Positions 47,296 to 56,686 of a DNA stretch of 62,178 nucleotides are shown here, one piece after another; within the stretch, counting starts at the first letter, position 1, and the number at the start of each line of letters is the position of its first letter. Origin of the DNA: an uncultured Desulfobacterales bacterium (GTDB lineage Bacteria; Desulfobacterota; Desulfobacteria; Desulfobacterales; B30-G6). Made by a program: the position numbers and the translations under genes. The notes beneath the pieces are model-generated. The model did not search any database. It saw only the letters and a list, made by a program, of their open reading frames with translations, and had not been told where the DNA came from. The stretch is from the NCBI GenBank assembly GCA_964435695.1, contig CAYTAQ010000003.1:1-62178 (forward strand). The letters are read 5' to 3'.

Positions 47296-48306
47296 ATGGC
47301 AGCGGAGCGATTGATTATAAACAACCTGTTGTCAAAGGTAAAACAGGGAAACAAAAAAAGCGCCTCGTGGTTGATGCGGATGATTGAAGACGGCGGTCCC
47401 CAGGCAGGCGCCATCCTATCCCGTCTCTATGACTTCTCTGCAACGGCACATCGTATCGGTATTACAGGATGGCCCGGGGTCGGTAAATCAACCCTGGTGA
47501 ATGCCTTGGCAAAGGCATATCTGGATGAGGGAAGACGTGTGGGGATTGTTGCTGTGGATCCCACCAGCCCTTACTCCGGAGGCAGCCTGCTTGGCGACCG
47601 CGACCGTTTCAGGGATGTGGACGGCCATCCCGATCTCTTCATCCGGTCCATGGCAACGCGAGGGTACGGCGGGGGCGTCGGTAAAGCCACCCGTGGAATC
47701 GTCAAAGTCATGGAAGCCATGGGTCAAGACGTGGTCCTGCTTGAAACCGTGGGAGTCGGCCAGGATCAGGTGGGTGTTTCCGCTATTGTGGATACCACCA
47801 TCATGGTGACGGCGCCCGGCCTCGGCGATTTCCTGCAATCCCTTAAAGCAGGCGTTCTCGAAGCCGGCGAAATCCTGGTGGTGAATAAAGCGGACAACCC
47901 GAATGCCGAACAGACCGCGGCGGATTTAACGGCATTGATCGAAATGGGACGTCACCCGGACGGGTGGAAACCCAGACTGGTATTAACCGTGGCCACCCGG
48001 GGAACAGGTATCGATGATTTACTGAAATCCATCCGGGATCACCGTCTTTTCCGGCAACAAAAGGGCGGCGTGAATCCCCGGCACAAAATAGCCGCGCGCC
48101 AGGAAATCCTGGATATGATCCGTGAACAGTGCCTCAATGCGGTAGCATGCCGCACCGGTCTCTACACTCGTTTGCCGGATCTGGTCGACCAGGTCTTTCA
48201 GGGCAGGCAGGACCCGTTGCGTATTGCGCAGGCATTGTTGAAAGAATGCAATTTATGTGACGATCCATCAGAAGATCCATCCATAGAAGACCCCTCAGGA
48301 GAATAA
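47296..48306 (+). CDS. meaB: MeaB/ArgK GTPase chaperone of B12 mutases
   Basis: GWPGVGKST, DPTSPYSGGSLLGDR, FIRSMATRG, ETVGVGQD, NKAD. Confidence 0.93.
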   Translation: MAAERLIINNLLSKVKQGNKKSASWLMRMIEDGGPQAGAILSRLYDFSATAHRIGITGWPGVGKSTLVNALAKAYLDEGRRVGIVAVDPTSPYSGGSLLGDRDRFRDVDGHPDLFIRSMATRGYGGGVGKATRGIVKVMEAMGQDVVLLETVGVGQDQVGVSAIVDTTIMVTAPGLGDFLQSLKAGVLEAGEILVVNKADNPNAEQTAADLTALIEMGRHPDGWKPRLVLTVATRGTGIDDLLKSIRDHRLFRQQKGGVNPRHKIAARQEILDMIREQCLNAVACRTGLYTRLPDLVDQVFQGRQDPLRIAQALLKECNLCDDPSEDPSIEDPSGE

Positions 48307-48308
48307 AT

Positions 48309-49937
48309 ATGCGTGAAGAACAAGTAAAGAGTACGTATCTTAGCGGCGAAAAATTACCCAATTTTGATTCTCTCTCCGGATTCCCTTATCAGGAGGTATA
48401 CCGCAAATCGGATTGGAATGAAAACCTGCCGGACCCCGGCCAATACCCTTACACCCGAGGCATCCATAAAAACATGTACCGGGGACGTTTGTGGACCCGC
48501 CGGCAGCAAAGCGGATTCGGCAGCCCGGAAGAAAGCAACGAGCGCTTAAAATATCTGCTCAACGTGGGCCAAACCGGTATTAATATGGATGCGGACATCG
48601 TGACAAAATTGGGACTGGACCCTGACCACCCGCTGGCCCGGGGCGATGTGGGTCTTACAGGAACCTCTTTGTTTTGCTATGAAGACATGCAGGCGCTCTT
48701 TAAAGGAATACCGCTCGATGAAGTCAGTTCAACACTGATCGTTCAACCACCGTACTCCGCCGTTATTATGTGCCACTATCTTCTGCTGGCTAAAGAGCGC
48801 GGCATTCCCTGGGAAAAACTTGTGGGAACCATTATGAATTGCGCCTTTACGCAGTTCGTGGGCCCCACGTTCCAATCCGCCACAACATTTTTTCCCCTGG
48901 ATCTGTCGGTAAAAATCGGTCTGGATGTCATGGAATACATGCTCCCCCGTTCGCCGCGCTGGAACATCCTAAATCTGAACGCCTACAATGTGCGCGAAAC
49001 CGGCGTAAATGCGGTACAGGAAGCAGCCTTTTCCATGTCACTGGCCTCCGACTATATCAAAGCCCTCATAAACCGCGGCCATGACGTGGACACATTTGCC
49101 AGACGCATGGCTTTTTTTACCGCCGCCCACCTCGACCTCTTTGAAGAAATTGCAAAACTCCGGGCCATGCGACGCATCTGGGCACGGATGCTAAAAGAAA
49201 AATTCAAGGCCAAGGATGAACGCTCCATGTACTGGCGAACGGCCATCCAAACCGCCGCTCTGCCGCTGACCGCCCAGGAGCCGTTGAACAATATTGTCAG
49301 AGCCACAATTCAGACCCTGGCTGCAGTGCTGGCGGGAACCCAGTCGATTCATACCACAGGCTATGACGAAGCCTACTCTCTGCCGACCGAAGAGAGTCAC
49401 AAGCTCTCGGTCCGTACCCAACAGATTATCGCCTACGAAAGCAAAGCAGCCAACACCGTCGATCCTTTGGGCGGTTCCTACATGATTGAGAAACTCACCG
49501 ACCGGATGGAGGAAGAAATCTGGGAATTGATGCAAACGCTGGAAGACAAAGGCGGTTTCATCGCGTGTTTCAAACAAGGTTGGATAGAGGAACAGATCAA
49601 TCAGGCCCGCTACAGCATGGCCGATGACATTGAGTCCGGCAAGCAGTCTGTGATCGGGGTAAACCTGTTCCACACGCAACAGGAAGCGCCGAAGATCAAT
49701 ATTTTCCGCACCGCTCCGGACATGCAGGATAGACGCATCGCTTACGCCCGCCTTTACAAAACCAAGCGTGATTCTGAGGCGGCCAAAACTGCAACCGGCA
49801 ACCTCGGAGATCTCGTGGCCACGAACACCAATATCAATTATATGGACAGCATCATGGAAGCGGTCAAATCCAGGGCCACTCTACAGGAAATATGCGATGC
49901 CATGCGACAGGCTTCCAACTTTACAATCCCTAAATAG
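48309..49937 (+). CDS. B12-dependent acyl-CoA mutase large (TIM-barrel) subunit, non-canonical active site
   Basis: PGQYPYTRGI, EEIAKLRAMRRIWA, EPLNNIVR, YDEA, DPLGGSYMIE; canonical substrate motifs altered. Confidence 0.9.
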   Translation: MREEQVKSTYLSGEKLPNFDSLSGFPYQEVYRKSDWNENLPDPGQYPYTRGIHKNMYRGRLWTRRQQSGFGSPEESNERLKYLLNVGQTGINMDADIVTKLGLDPDHPLARGDVGLTGTSLFCYEDMQALFKGIPLDEVSSTLIVQPPYSAVIMCHYLLLAKERGIPWEKLVGTIMNCAFTQFVGPTFQSATTFFPLDLSVKIGLDVMEYMLPRSPRWNILNLNAYNVRETGVNAVQEAAFSMSLASDYIKALINRGHDVDTFARRMAFFTAAHLDLFEEIAKLRAMRRIWARMLKEKFKAKDERSMYWRTAIQTAALPLTAQEPLNNIVRATIQTLAAVLAGTQSIHTTGYDEAYSLPTEESHKLSVRTQQIIAYESKAANTVDPLGGSYMIEKLTDRMEEEIWELMQTLEDKGGFIACFKQGWIEEQINQARYSMADDIESGKQSVIGVNLFHTQQEAPKINIFRTAPDMQDRRIAYARLYKTKRDSEAAKTATGNLGDLVATNTNINYMDSIMEAVKSRATLQEICDAMRQASNFTIPK

Positions 49938-49948
49938 GAGTTAAAGAC

Positions 49949-50347
49949 ATGTCAGCAAGAAAAAAACGAATCGTCATAGGCAAAATCGGTTTGGATTCCC
50001 ATGACAACGGCATTCGCATCGTCAGTAAATGGTATATGGATCATGGTTATGAGGTCATCTATTCCGGTCTGTACAATACCTCGGAACGAATCGTGCAAAT
50101 TGCCATCGAAGAATCGGCGGACGCCCTGGGAGTCAGTTTCCTTGGGGCCGAGCACCTGCATTACGGCCGCGAGCTTTCAGAATTGGTCAAAGCAAAGGGG
50201 TTGAACGATCTCAAACTTATTATCGGCGGAGTCATCCCTCCCGAGGATGTCAAGGAACTTGCCGACATGGGGTTTCAAGCGATCTTTACACCGGGGACCC
50301 GTCGCAAGACGATTCTTGACACAACCGATCAGATACTGAATATGTAA
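49949..50347 (+). CDS. B12-binding small subunit of the acyl-CoA mutase
   Basis: DSHDNG (DxHxxG), GVSFL, IIGGVIP, IFTPGT. Confidence 0.92.
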   Translation: MSARKKRIVIGKIGLDSHDNGIRIVSKWYMDHGYEVIYSGLYNTSERIVQIAIEESADALGVSFLGAEHLHYGRELSELVKAKGLNDLKLIIGGVIPPEDVKELADMGFQAIFTPGTRRKTILDTTDQILNM

Positions 50348-50373
50348 ACCTGAAACAATATGGAGCAGTTTTT

Positions 50374-51732
50374 ATGGAAATAGAAAACAAGCTGGTGCAA
50401 TTTGTAAAAGCCCTTCGTTTCCAGGAAATTCCCTCCCGGACTCTGGCTACTGTGAAAAACATGTTGATGACTGTAGCAGGCACCACCATTGCCGGAGCGG
50501 AGGCGGAAGGTTGTTCGGAAATAAGGGAGCTGTATGTCGCGTTGGGAGGTCGGGCCGAGGCCACGATTCTGGTTCACGGCGGCAAGCTGCCCGCACAACA
50601 CGCTGCGCTTGTCAACGGTGTAATGGCCCGGGCTCTGGATTATTGCGATGCCATGGCGCCCGGCCTGCACATTGGTTCGTCACTCGTCCCTGCGACCCTT
50701 GCCGCTGTCGATTTGCGCGGCGGTTGCAGCGGTGAAGAATTTTTAACCGCTCTCACCGCGGGCGCTGAGCTGAGTTCGCGTTTGAATCTCAGTGAATCTG
50801 CTTACAACGGCTTTGATCCAACCGGTGTTGCCGGCGTTTTCTCCGGCACCGCAGCAGCCTCTCGTATACTGGGTCTTGATGATTCACAACTTTGGAATGC
50901 ATTGGCGCTTGCCGGCAACCGCAGCGGTGCAACCTTTCAGAGCAACATCGACGGTTCGCTGGCCGTACGGCTGATTCAGGGATGGGTTGCTGCTACAGGC
51001 ATAGAATGCGCCCGCCTTGCCCAAAAGGGAATTACCGGACCCAAAAACTTTCTCGAGGGAGTCTACGGTTACTTCCACCTGTTTGCCAAGGATCAATACG
51101 ATCCTGAAACGGTGACCGGCCGCCTGGGCCAGGAATTTCAGCTCAACAAAATCGTTTTTAAGAAATTTCCGAGCTGCGGGCTGACACAGGGCGTCACTGA
51201 GCTGGCCCTTTCTTTAACCGCAGAACATGACTTAAAACCGCAGGAAATCAGCTCTGTGGAAGTTTTGGTGCCGCCCTATGCGCATAAGTTGGTCGGACAT
51301 AACTTTCAAATCGGGGACAATCCGAAGGTCAACGCCCAGTTCAGTATTCAATACTGTGTGGCCAGCGCCATTGTCCGGAATGGATCTCAGCTGCAGCACT
51401 TTGAAAAGGAAGCAATCACGGATCCTGAAGTTGCATCTCTAATCAAAAAAATCAAGGTCATTCCCGACCCCGGGATGGATATTCGGGGGCATACTTCCGT
51501 GGATCTTCGCGTGACCACCATACACGGCCGGGAATTTTTTACCCGGCTCGATCATGCACCGGGCTTCCCGGAAAATCCCCTTTCAGACCGGGAACATCTG
51601 CGCAGGTTTCGGGATTGCGTCCACTTTGCTGCTCGGCCGCCATCCAAAAGCAAGACCGAAGAATTGATCGATACCGTGCAAACCATTGAAAAACTGCATG
51701 ATGTCCGTGGTTTCATTTCATTAATGACATAA
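50374..51732 (+). CDS. MmgE/PrpD family protein
   Basis: AALVNGVMARALDYCD...H, GFDPT, KKFPSC, AQFSIQY, GFPENPLS. Confidence 0.9.
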   Translation: MEIENKLVQFVKALRFQEIPSRTLATVKNMLMTVAGTTIAGAEAEGCSEIRELYVALGGRAEATILVHGGKLPAQHAALVNGVMARALDYCDAMAPGLHIGSSLVPATLAAVDLRGGCSGEEFLTALTAGAELSSRLNLSESAYNGFDPTGVAGVFSGTAAASRILGLDDSQLWNALALAGNRSGATFQSNIDGSLAVRLIQGWVAATGIECARLAQKGITGPKNFLEGVYGYFHLFAKDQYDPETVTGRLGQEFQLNKIVFKKFPSCGLTQGVTELALSLTAEHDLKPQEISSVEVLVPPYAHKLVGHNFQIGDNPKVNAQFSIQYCVASAIVRNGSQLQHFEKEAITDPEVASLIKKIKVIPDPGMDIRGHTSVDLRVTTIHGREFFTRLDHAPGFPENPLSDREHLRRFRDCVHFAARPPSKSKTEELIDTVQTIEKLHDVRGFISLMT

Positions 51733-51826
51733 ATTTTCATGCCCATACGCGCACAACGAAGCATGAAACAAACCTTAATATCGAAATGCAATCGCCGGTC
51801 TTCAAAAAGAAAGCATGAAAATTTAT
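51729..51826. mobile_element. MITE-like element, copy 2 (98 bp, opposite orientation)
   Basis: Same 14-bp terminal inverted repeats; the left repeat supplies the TAA stop of the MmgE/PrpD gene. Confidence 0.8.
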
Positions 51827-51860
51827 TTAAAATGAATACATATTAAACAGGAGATAGGCC

Positions 51861-53423
51861 ATGAATCTGTTGGATATTTTGGTAAAATACAACCGGCTCT
51901 CGCCCAAAGCCACAGCCCTGGTGGAGATCAGGCCGCTTTCCGGAAAACGGCATGAAATTACATGGGAATCCTTGTACGAGCGCACCAATCGCCTGGCCAA
52001 CACGCTGTTATTGCAGGGTATCGGTAAGGGCGATACCGTCTTTTTATACGCCCACAATTCAATCGCCTGGCTGGAGGTGTATTTCGGTGTCATGAAAACC
52101 GGAGCATGCGTGGTGCCGCTCAATTACCGTTTCACGGATAAGGAATTGATGTATTGCCGGGAAATCGCTCATCCCAAGGCTTTCTTTTTCGGACCGCAGT
52201 TTGGCAGTCGGATTTCAGCCCTTCAATGCGAGCTGACCGGCGTCCGTCAATACGCATGCCTTGATTCGGAAGTTACCCCTTTTGACAGCCTGGATGAATT
52301 GATCAGCAGGGGAGGACCGTCGGATCCGAATACAGAGCTGTTCGACGACGGTGCAGCCGGACTTTATTTCACCAGCGGCACCACAGGCAATCCCAAACCA
52401 GTGCTGATGACGCACAAGAACCTTTTTTCCGCGGCAATCATCGAAGCGTTCAATCACCGGCTGTTATCGAGCGACGCCCTGCTGATGATGCCACCGTTCT
52501 ATCATCTGGCCATCGGCCATCTTACCGGCAATATGCTGGTGGGCGGAAGAAGTGTTCTGCTCACCGAAAAGATCAGCCCGCAAACCATCATTCAGACCAT
52601 GTCCGACGAGAAGATCAGCGTCGTATTCCTCCTGGTTCCCTGGGCGGTGGACATCCTGGAAGCGCTTGACAAGGGCCGATTGTCCCCTTCCGATTTTGAC
52701 CTGGATGCATGGCGGCTCACCCACATGGGCGCCCAGCCCATCCCGCCGGTACTGGTGCAAAGGCTCAAGCAATACTTCCCCGGCATGTTGTACGACACCT
52801 GTTACGGTCTCAGCGAAGCCGCCGGCCCGGGTGTGTTAAATCTGGGAATTGAAAATGAGCATAAGATCGGGGCGACCGGAAAGGCCGGACTCCTATGGGA
52901 TACCCGTATCGTGGACCACGAGGGACGCGATGTTGCCAAGGGAGAAGTCGGTGAACTGATCGTCAAGGGTCCGGGTGTGATGCGGGAGTATTATGACAAT
53001 CCTGAACTCACCGCCGAAACCGTAAGAGACGGCTGGCTTTTCACCGGCGACCTGGCGCGATTCGATGCAGACGACTTCATCTGGGTGGTGGACCGCAAAA
53101 AAGACCTGGTGATCAGCGGCGGAGAAAATATTTTCCCGGTGGAAATCGAAAAGACAATTATACAGCATCCAAAAGTGCACGACGTGGCCGTTATCGGCAC
53201 CCCGGATAATCGATTGGGCGAGATTGTCACGGCCGTGATACAGGTTGTGGAGGGAGAAAAGCTCCTTGAAGAGGAGATATCGGTATTCTGTGAGGCGTGC
53301 CTGCCGCGCTACAAACGCCCACGCTGCATTATTTTTGACAAGGTACCGCGGAATCCCACCGGAAAACTTAACAAACCGCTGTTGCGGCAAAAGTTCGCCG
53401 CTCCAAAAAAAGAAGGGATATAA
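51861..53423 (+). CDS. Acyl-CoA synthetase (ANL family)
   Basis: FTSGTTGNPK, CYGLSE, TGDL, SGGENIFP, NPTGKLNK. Confidence 0.92.
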   Translation: MNLLDILVKYNRLSPKATALVEIRPLSGKRHEITWESLYERTNRLANTLLLQGIGKGDTVFLYAHNSIAWLEVYFGVMKTGACVVPLNYRFTDKELMYCREIAHPKAFFFGPQFGSRISALQCELTGVRQYACLDSEVTPFDSLDELISRGGPSDPNTELFDDGAAGLYFTSGTTGNPKPVLMTHKNLFSAAIIEAFNHRLLSSDALLMMPPFYHLAIGHLTGNMLVGGRSVLLTEKISPQTIIQTMSDEKISVVFLLVPWAVDILEALDKGRLSPSDFDLDAWRLTHMGAQPIPPVLVQRLKQYFPGMLYDTCYGLSEAAGPGVLNLGIENEHKIGATGKAGLLWDTRIVDHEGRDVAKGEVGELIVKGPGVMREYYDNPELTAETVRDGWLFTGDLARFDADDFIWVVDRKKDLVISGGENIFPVEIEKTIIQHPKVHDVAVIGTPDNRLGEIVTAVIQVVEGEKLLEEEISVFCEACLPRYKRPRCIIFDKVPRNPTGKLNKPLLRQKFAAPKKEGI

Positions 53424-55516
53424 TGGCTAAAAAAATTGTGCGCAGCGCTTGCCGGGCCTGTCACGGCGGATGCGGTGTGTTGGTCACCGTGGAAGACAAC
53501 CGTGTCACCAACATCAAAGGCGACCCAGACTGCCCGGTGAACCGGGGATGGCTTTGCATCAAGGGTAAGAAATATCACACCATCACCCACCACCCGGATC
53601 GCCTCACCCACCCGATGAGCAAAGCCGACGGTTCATGGAAAAAGATATCCTGGGACGAAGCGTTCGATCTTGTCAGTGAGCGCTTTCTGTCCTACAAACG
53701 TGACTACGGCGCCGAATCCGTGGTTTTGGGGTACGGCACCGGCCGGGACATCGAATCCTTTATCTACCGCTTTGCGCACACCTTTGGCACGCCCAACGTG
53801 CTCACCGCCGGCCACATGTGTTACGGCCCCCGCATCGTAACCGGCATTTCCCTTTGCGGCAATCTGCCGGTGGTGGATTACGAAGGCCATCCTTCCTGCG
53901 TCGTGGTATGGGGCTGCAATCCCCTGGTTTCCAATCCCGACGAATACAAGGGCATCTACCTGGCCCGGGCCATTCAGCACGGAGCCAAGATTATCTGTAT
54001 TGATCCCAGACGCACGATCATCGCCAGGCAGGCCGATATCTGGCTGCAAATCCGGCCCGGCACGGATGGTGCGCTTGCCTGGGGCATGATCAACCACATC
54101 ATCGAAAATAACCTGTATGACGCGGATTTTGTGGAAAATCAGATTCACGGCTGGGATGCGTTTCGCGAACGGGCCAGAGAGTATCCCCTGGACTGGGCGG
54201 CTGAGAAAACCGGTCTGGATGCAGGTGATATCGCCGCAGCCGCTGAAATGTATGCTACCGCGGGACCGGCAGGAATACACTGGGGTGTGGCCCTGGAACA
54301 GACCCAAAACTGTATCAACAACATCAGGCTGTTGATCGGCCTGATGGCCGTCACCGGCAATCTGGATCGCCCCGGCGGCCAGGTCTTCTATCCCAACCCG
54401 CCGGTGGTCAATGCCTCGCAATTGGGCATGCATCGCGGCCTGACTCCGGATATGCTGAAAAAAAGACTTGGCGCGGAGCGCTTCCGCCTGGCGGCCCGCA
54501 TTGCGGTAATCAATCCCAAGGCGGTCTGGGACGCTATTTTAACTCAGACCCCCTACCCGGTCAAAGCCGTGTATCTCATCAGCACCAATCCCGTCATCAC
54601 ACGGGCCAACGCCAGGCAGGTGCACCAGGCCCTTTCCGCCGTGGACTTTCTTGTAGTCCAGGACTTCTTTATGACGCCCAGCGCATCATTGGCGGATGTG
54701 GTGCTGCCGGCAGCCACCTGGCTGGAAATCGACTACGTGGGAGATCTATGGAAGCGTCACGGATGGATAGTGGCCCGCAACAAGGCGGTAACGGTGGGTC
54801 AGGCCCGTTCGGACTATGACATTATCAACGAGTTGGGCAAGCGCTGCACGGATCCTCGTAACTGGTGGCCTACCCTGACAGACGCCTTCAACGACATCCT
54901 CTCTCCGGCCGGCATGACCTGGGAACAGTTCTCGCAGCGAGGATATCTGCAAGGCGAACGCAGATTCAGAAAATATAAGCGGGACGGCTTTCGTACCCCC
55001 ACCCGTAAAGTGGAGCTCTACTCAACCGTAATGGAACGGCTGGGATATGACCCCCTGCCCGGCTTTTCAGACCCGCCTGAAACTCCCTGGAGCAACCCCG
55101 AGATCGCCAAAGAATTCCCTTACCAGCTCATCACCGGGGCGCGTATACCGTTCTTTTTTCACAGCGAGAACCGGCAACCAGGCTTTCTGCGCTCCAGACG
55201 GCCCGATCCCATCGTGGAAATCCATCCCAAATTGGCGGCGGCCAAGGGGATAACCGAGGGCGACTGGGTTCGCATCGCATCCCCCCGGGGCAGCGTGGTG
55301 CAAAAGGCATTGATCACCGACCGCGTGCCGGAAAATGTGGTTTCCGCCGACCACGGCTGGTGGTTTCCGGAAGATCAGAATACCCAGGGGTGGGACCGCT
55401 CCAATATCGATGTCCTCACCGACAATGCCTATGAGAGTTGCGACCCGGCCATGGGCGCCACCAACCTGCGCACCTGCCTGTGCGATGTGACCCGAGCCGA
55501 AAGTCCCTATCCGTGA
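53423..55516 (+). CDS. Mo/W-bisPGD oxidoreductase, acetylene-hydratase-like subfamily
   Basis: N-terminal CxxCxxxC...C [4Fe-4S] motif, GHMCYG metal-ligand Cys, IDPR, RPGTDGAL, HGWW; no TAT signal. Confidence 0.88.
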   Translation: MAKKIVRSACRACHGGCGVLVTVEDNRVTNIKGDPDCPVNRGWLCIKGKKYHTITHHPDRLTHPMSKADGSWKKISWDEAFDLVSERFLSYKRDYGAESVVLGYGTGRDIESFIYRFAHTFGTPNVLTAGHMCYGPRIVTGISLCGNLPVVDYEGHPSCVVVWGCNPLVSNPDEYKGIYLARAIQHGAKIICIDPRRTIIARQADIWLQIRPGTDGALAWGMINHIIENNLYDADFVENQIHGWDAFRERAREYPLDWAAEKTGLDAGDIAAAAEMYATAGPAGIHWGVALEQTQNCINNIRLLIGLMAVTGNLDRPGGQVFYPNPPVVNASQLGMHRGLTPDMLKKRLGAERFRLAARIAVINPKAVWDAILTQTPYPVKAVYLISTNPVITRANARQVHQALSAVDFLVVQDFFMTPSASLADVVLPAATWLEIDYVGDLWKRHGWIVARNKAVTVGQARSDYDIINELGKRCTDPRNWWPTLTDAFNDILSPAGMTWEQFSQRGYLQGERRFRKYKRDGFRTPTRKVELYSTVMERLGYDPLPGFSDPPETPWSNPEIAKEFPYQLITGARIPFFFHSENRQPGFLRSRRPDPIVEIHPKLAAAKGITEGDWVRIASPRGSVVQKALITDRVPENVVSADHGWWFPEDQNTQGWDRSNIDVLTDNAYESCDPAMGATNLRTCLCDVTRAESPYP

Positions 55517-55573
55517 TATGAAATAACAACCATCGGGATTTCCCCAAGATTTGGTGCTTGAGAGACTGAATCA

Positions 55574-56173
55574 TCACAGATCATCCATCCAATCTCTTTT
55601 AAGCTCCTCTCTTCGAAAAGGCTCATAAATCTTATACAAAAAATTTCTGTAATTTTCGTACAAAAGTTTGCTCACATAAACGAGCCGCGCCTGGTGGGGA
55701 CCGTATTGCTGAAGCTCGATATACAAATTGCCATGCTCAAACAGCACGTGCGGGTAATGCTCCGTAAAGAACTCGCCCGATAATTTTTTTTCCGTGATGG
55801 TATATTTCGCAGTTAAGTTATCCATGACCGCTGCAAACAGATTGGGTTCAAAGCTGACAAGAACTGCATCCAGCATGGATTCACTGCTGAAAAACATGAG
55901 AATCCCCTTTATCCCCGGTGTATGTTTGGGGGTTACCTTAAAGAAGGTGTTTTTCCCCTTGCGGGAATCATTTTCTTTAATTTCCTCAAACTGCTTTTTT
56001 TCATACTCAATATATTCCCATCCTTTTGCATTCAAGGCGGTCTGAGCTTCCTGGTAGCCGGTTTTGTCAATTTGAAATCCAAAAGGACCGGATTCGCCGG
56101 TCTCCAGAGCAAGCGCGCCTCCGCAAACCAGCAGGATAAAAATGATGACAGCCGCGAATTCCGATCGTTTCAT
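55574..56173 (-). CDS. Exported hypothetical protein
   Basis: Signal peptide ending GALA; 199 aa. Confidence 0.7.
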   Translation of the reverse strand: MKRSEFAAVIIFILLVCGGALALETGESGPFGFQIDKTGYQEAQTALNAKGWEYIEYEKKQFEEIKENDSRKGKNTFFKVTPKHTPGIKGILMFFSSESMLDAVLVSFEPNLFAAVMDNLTAKYTITEKKLSGEFFTEHYPHVLFEHGNLYIELQQYGPHQARLVYVSKLLYENYRNFLYKIYEPFRREELKRDWMDDL

Positions 56174-56416
56174 ATCTGCCTCCTTTGAAATCAGATTACA
56201 TTCCGATTCTGATGTTGGGATTGAAGATTCAAAAAGCTTAAAACCTTCGTATACAGAATATATCCGTTTTCTATAAAAAATGCAAAAATTGAAAATTTGT
56301 ATGCCATGAACAAAATAGATGGTCGATCCAACAAACCGGGGAATATTCAGTTGACAACTTTCATGTAATAATAAATATTGTTAGGATTAAATTCATGCTT
56401 GGAGGAAATAACAACC

Positions 56417-56599
56417 ATGCAACAGCGGACGACAAATCAACTCGATTATTCGGATATCGGATATAAAGGGAAACCCATCGATACATTAACGAAAGAAGAA
56501 CTCCTCGAAGCCTTCCTAGAATTGGCGCAGAAAGTGTATGAATGCGCCAGCCAAGACAATCCTTGCAAGGATGTTTTTCTAATAAATGCAAAAGGGTGA
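56417..56599 (+). CDS. Small hypothetical protein (60 aa)
   Basis: SD GGAGG before ATG 56417; YKGKPIDTLTKEELLEAFLEL helix. Confidence 0.55.
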   Translation: MQQRTTNQLDYSDIGYKGKPIDTLTKEELLEAFLELAQKVYECASQDNPCKDVFLINAKG

Positions 56600-56686
56600 A
56601 CGTCGCACAATGATTCAATCATATTTAAAAAGGAAACGATACATCGACAGCGACCCTCAACACGCAAATCGGCCATAAGGATCACC

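Noticed and set aside
48309-50347. Annotation as ordinary methylmalonyl-CoA mutase
   Set aside because: Tyr89, Gln197, Arg207 and His244 equivalents are all substituted, and no epimerase gene is nearby
11178-54433. Long antisense or alternate-frame ORFs (for example 11178-11837, 14813-15571, 19530-20441, 35586-36272, 37877-38614, 43610-44323, 53633-54433)
   Set aside because: They lie wholly within well-supported genes and lack motifs; typical shadow ORFs of GC-rich coding DNA
53423-55516. Annotation as acetylene hydratase or formate dehydrogenase
   Set aside because: Asp13 is replaced by His; no FDH-type (Se)Cys-His motif or partner subunits
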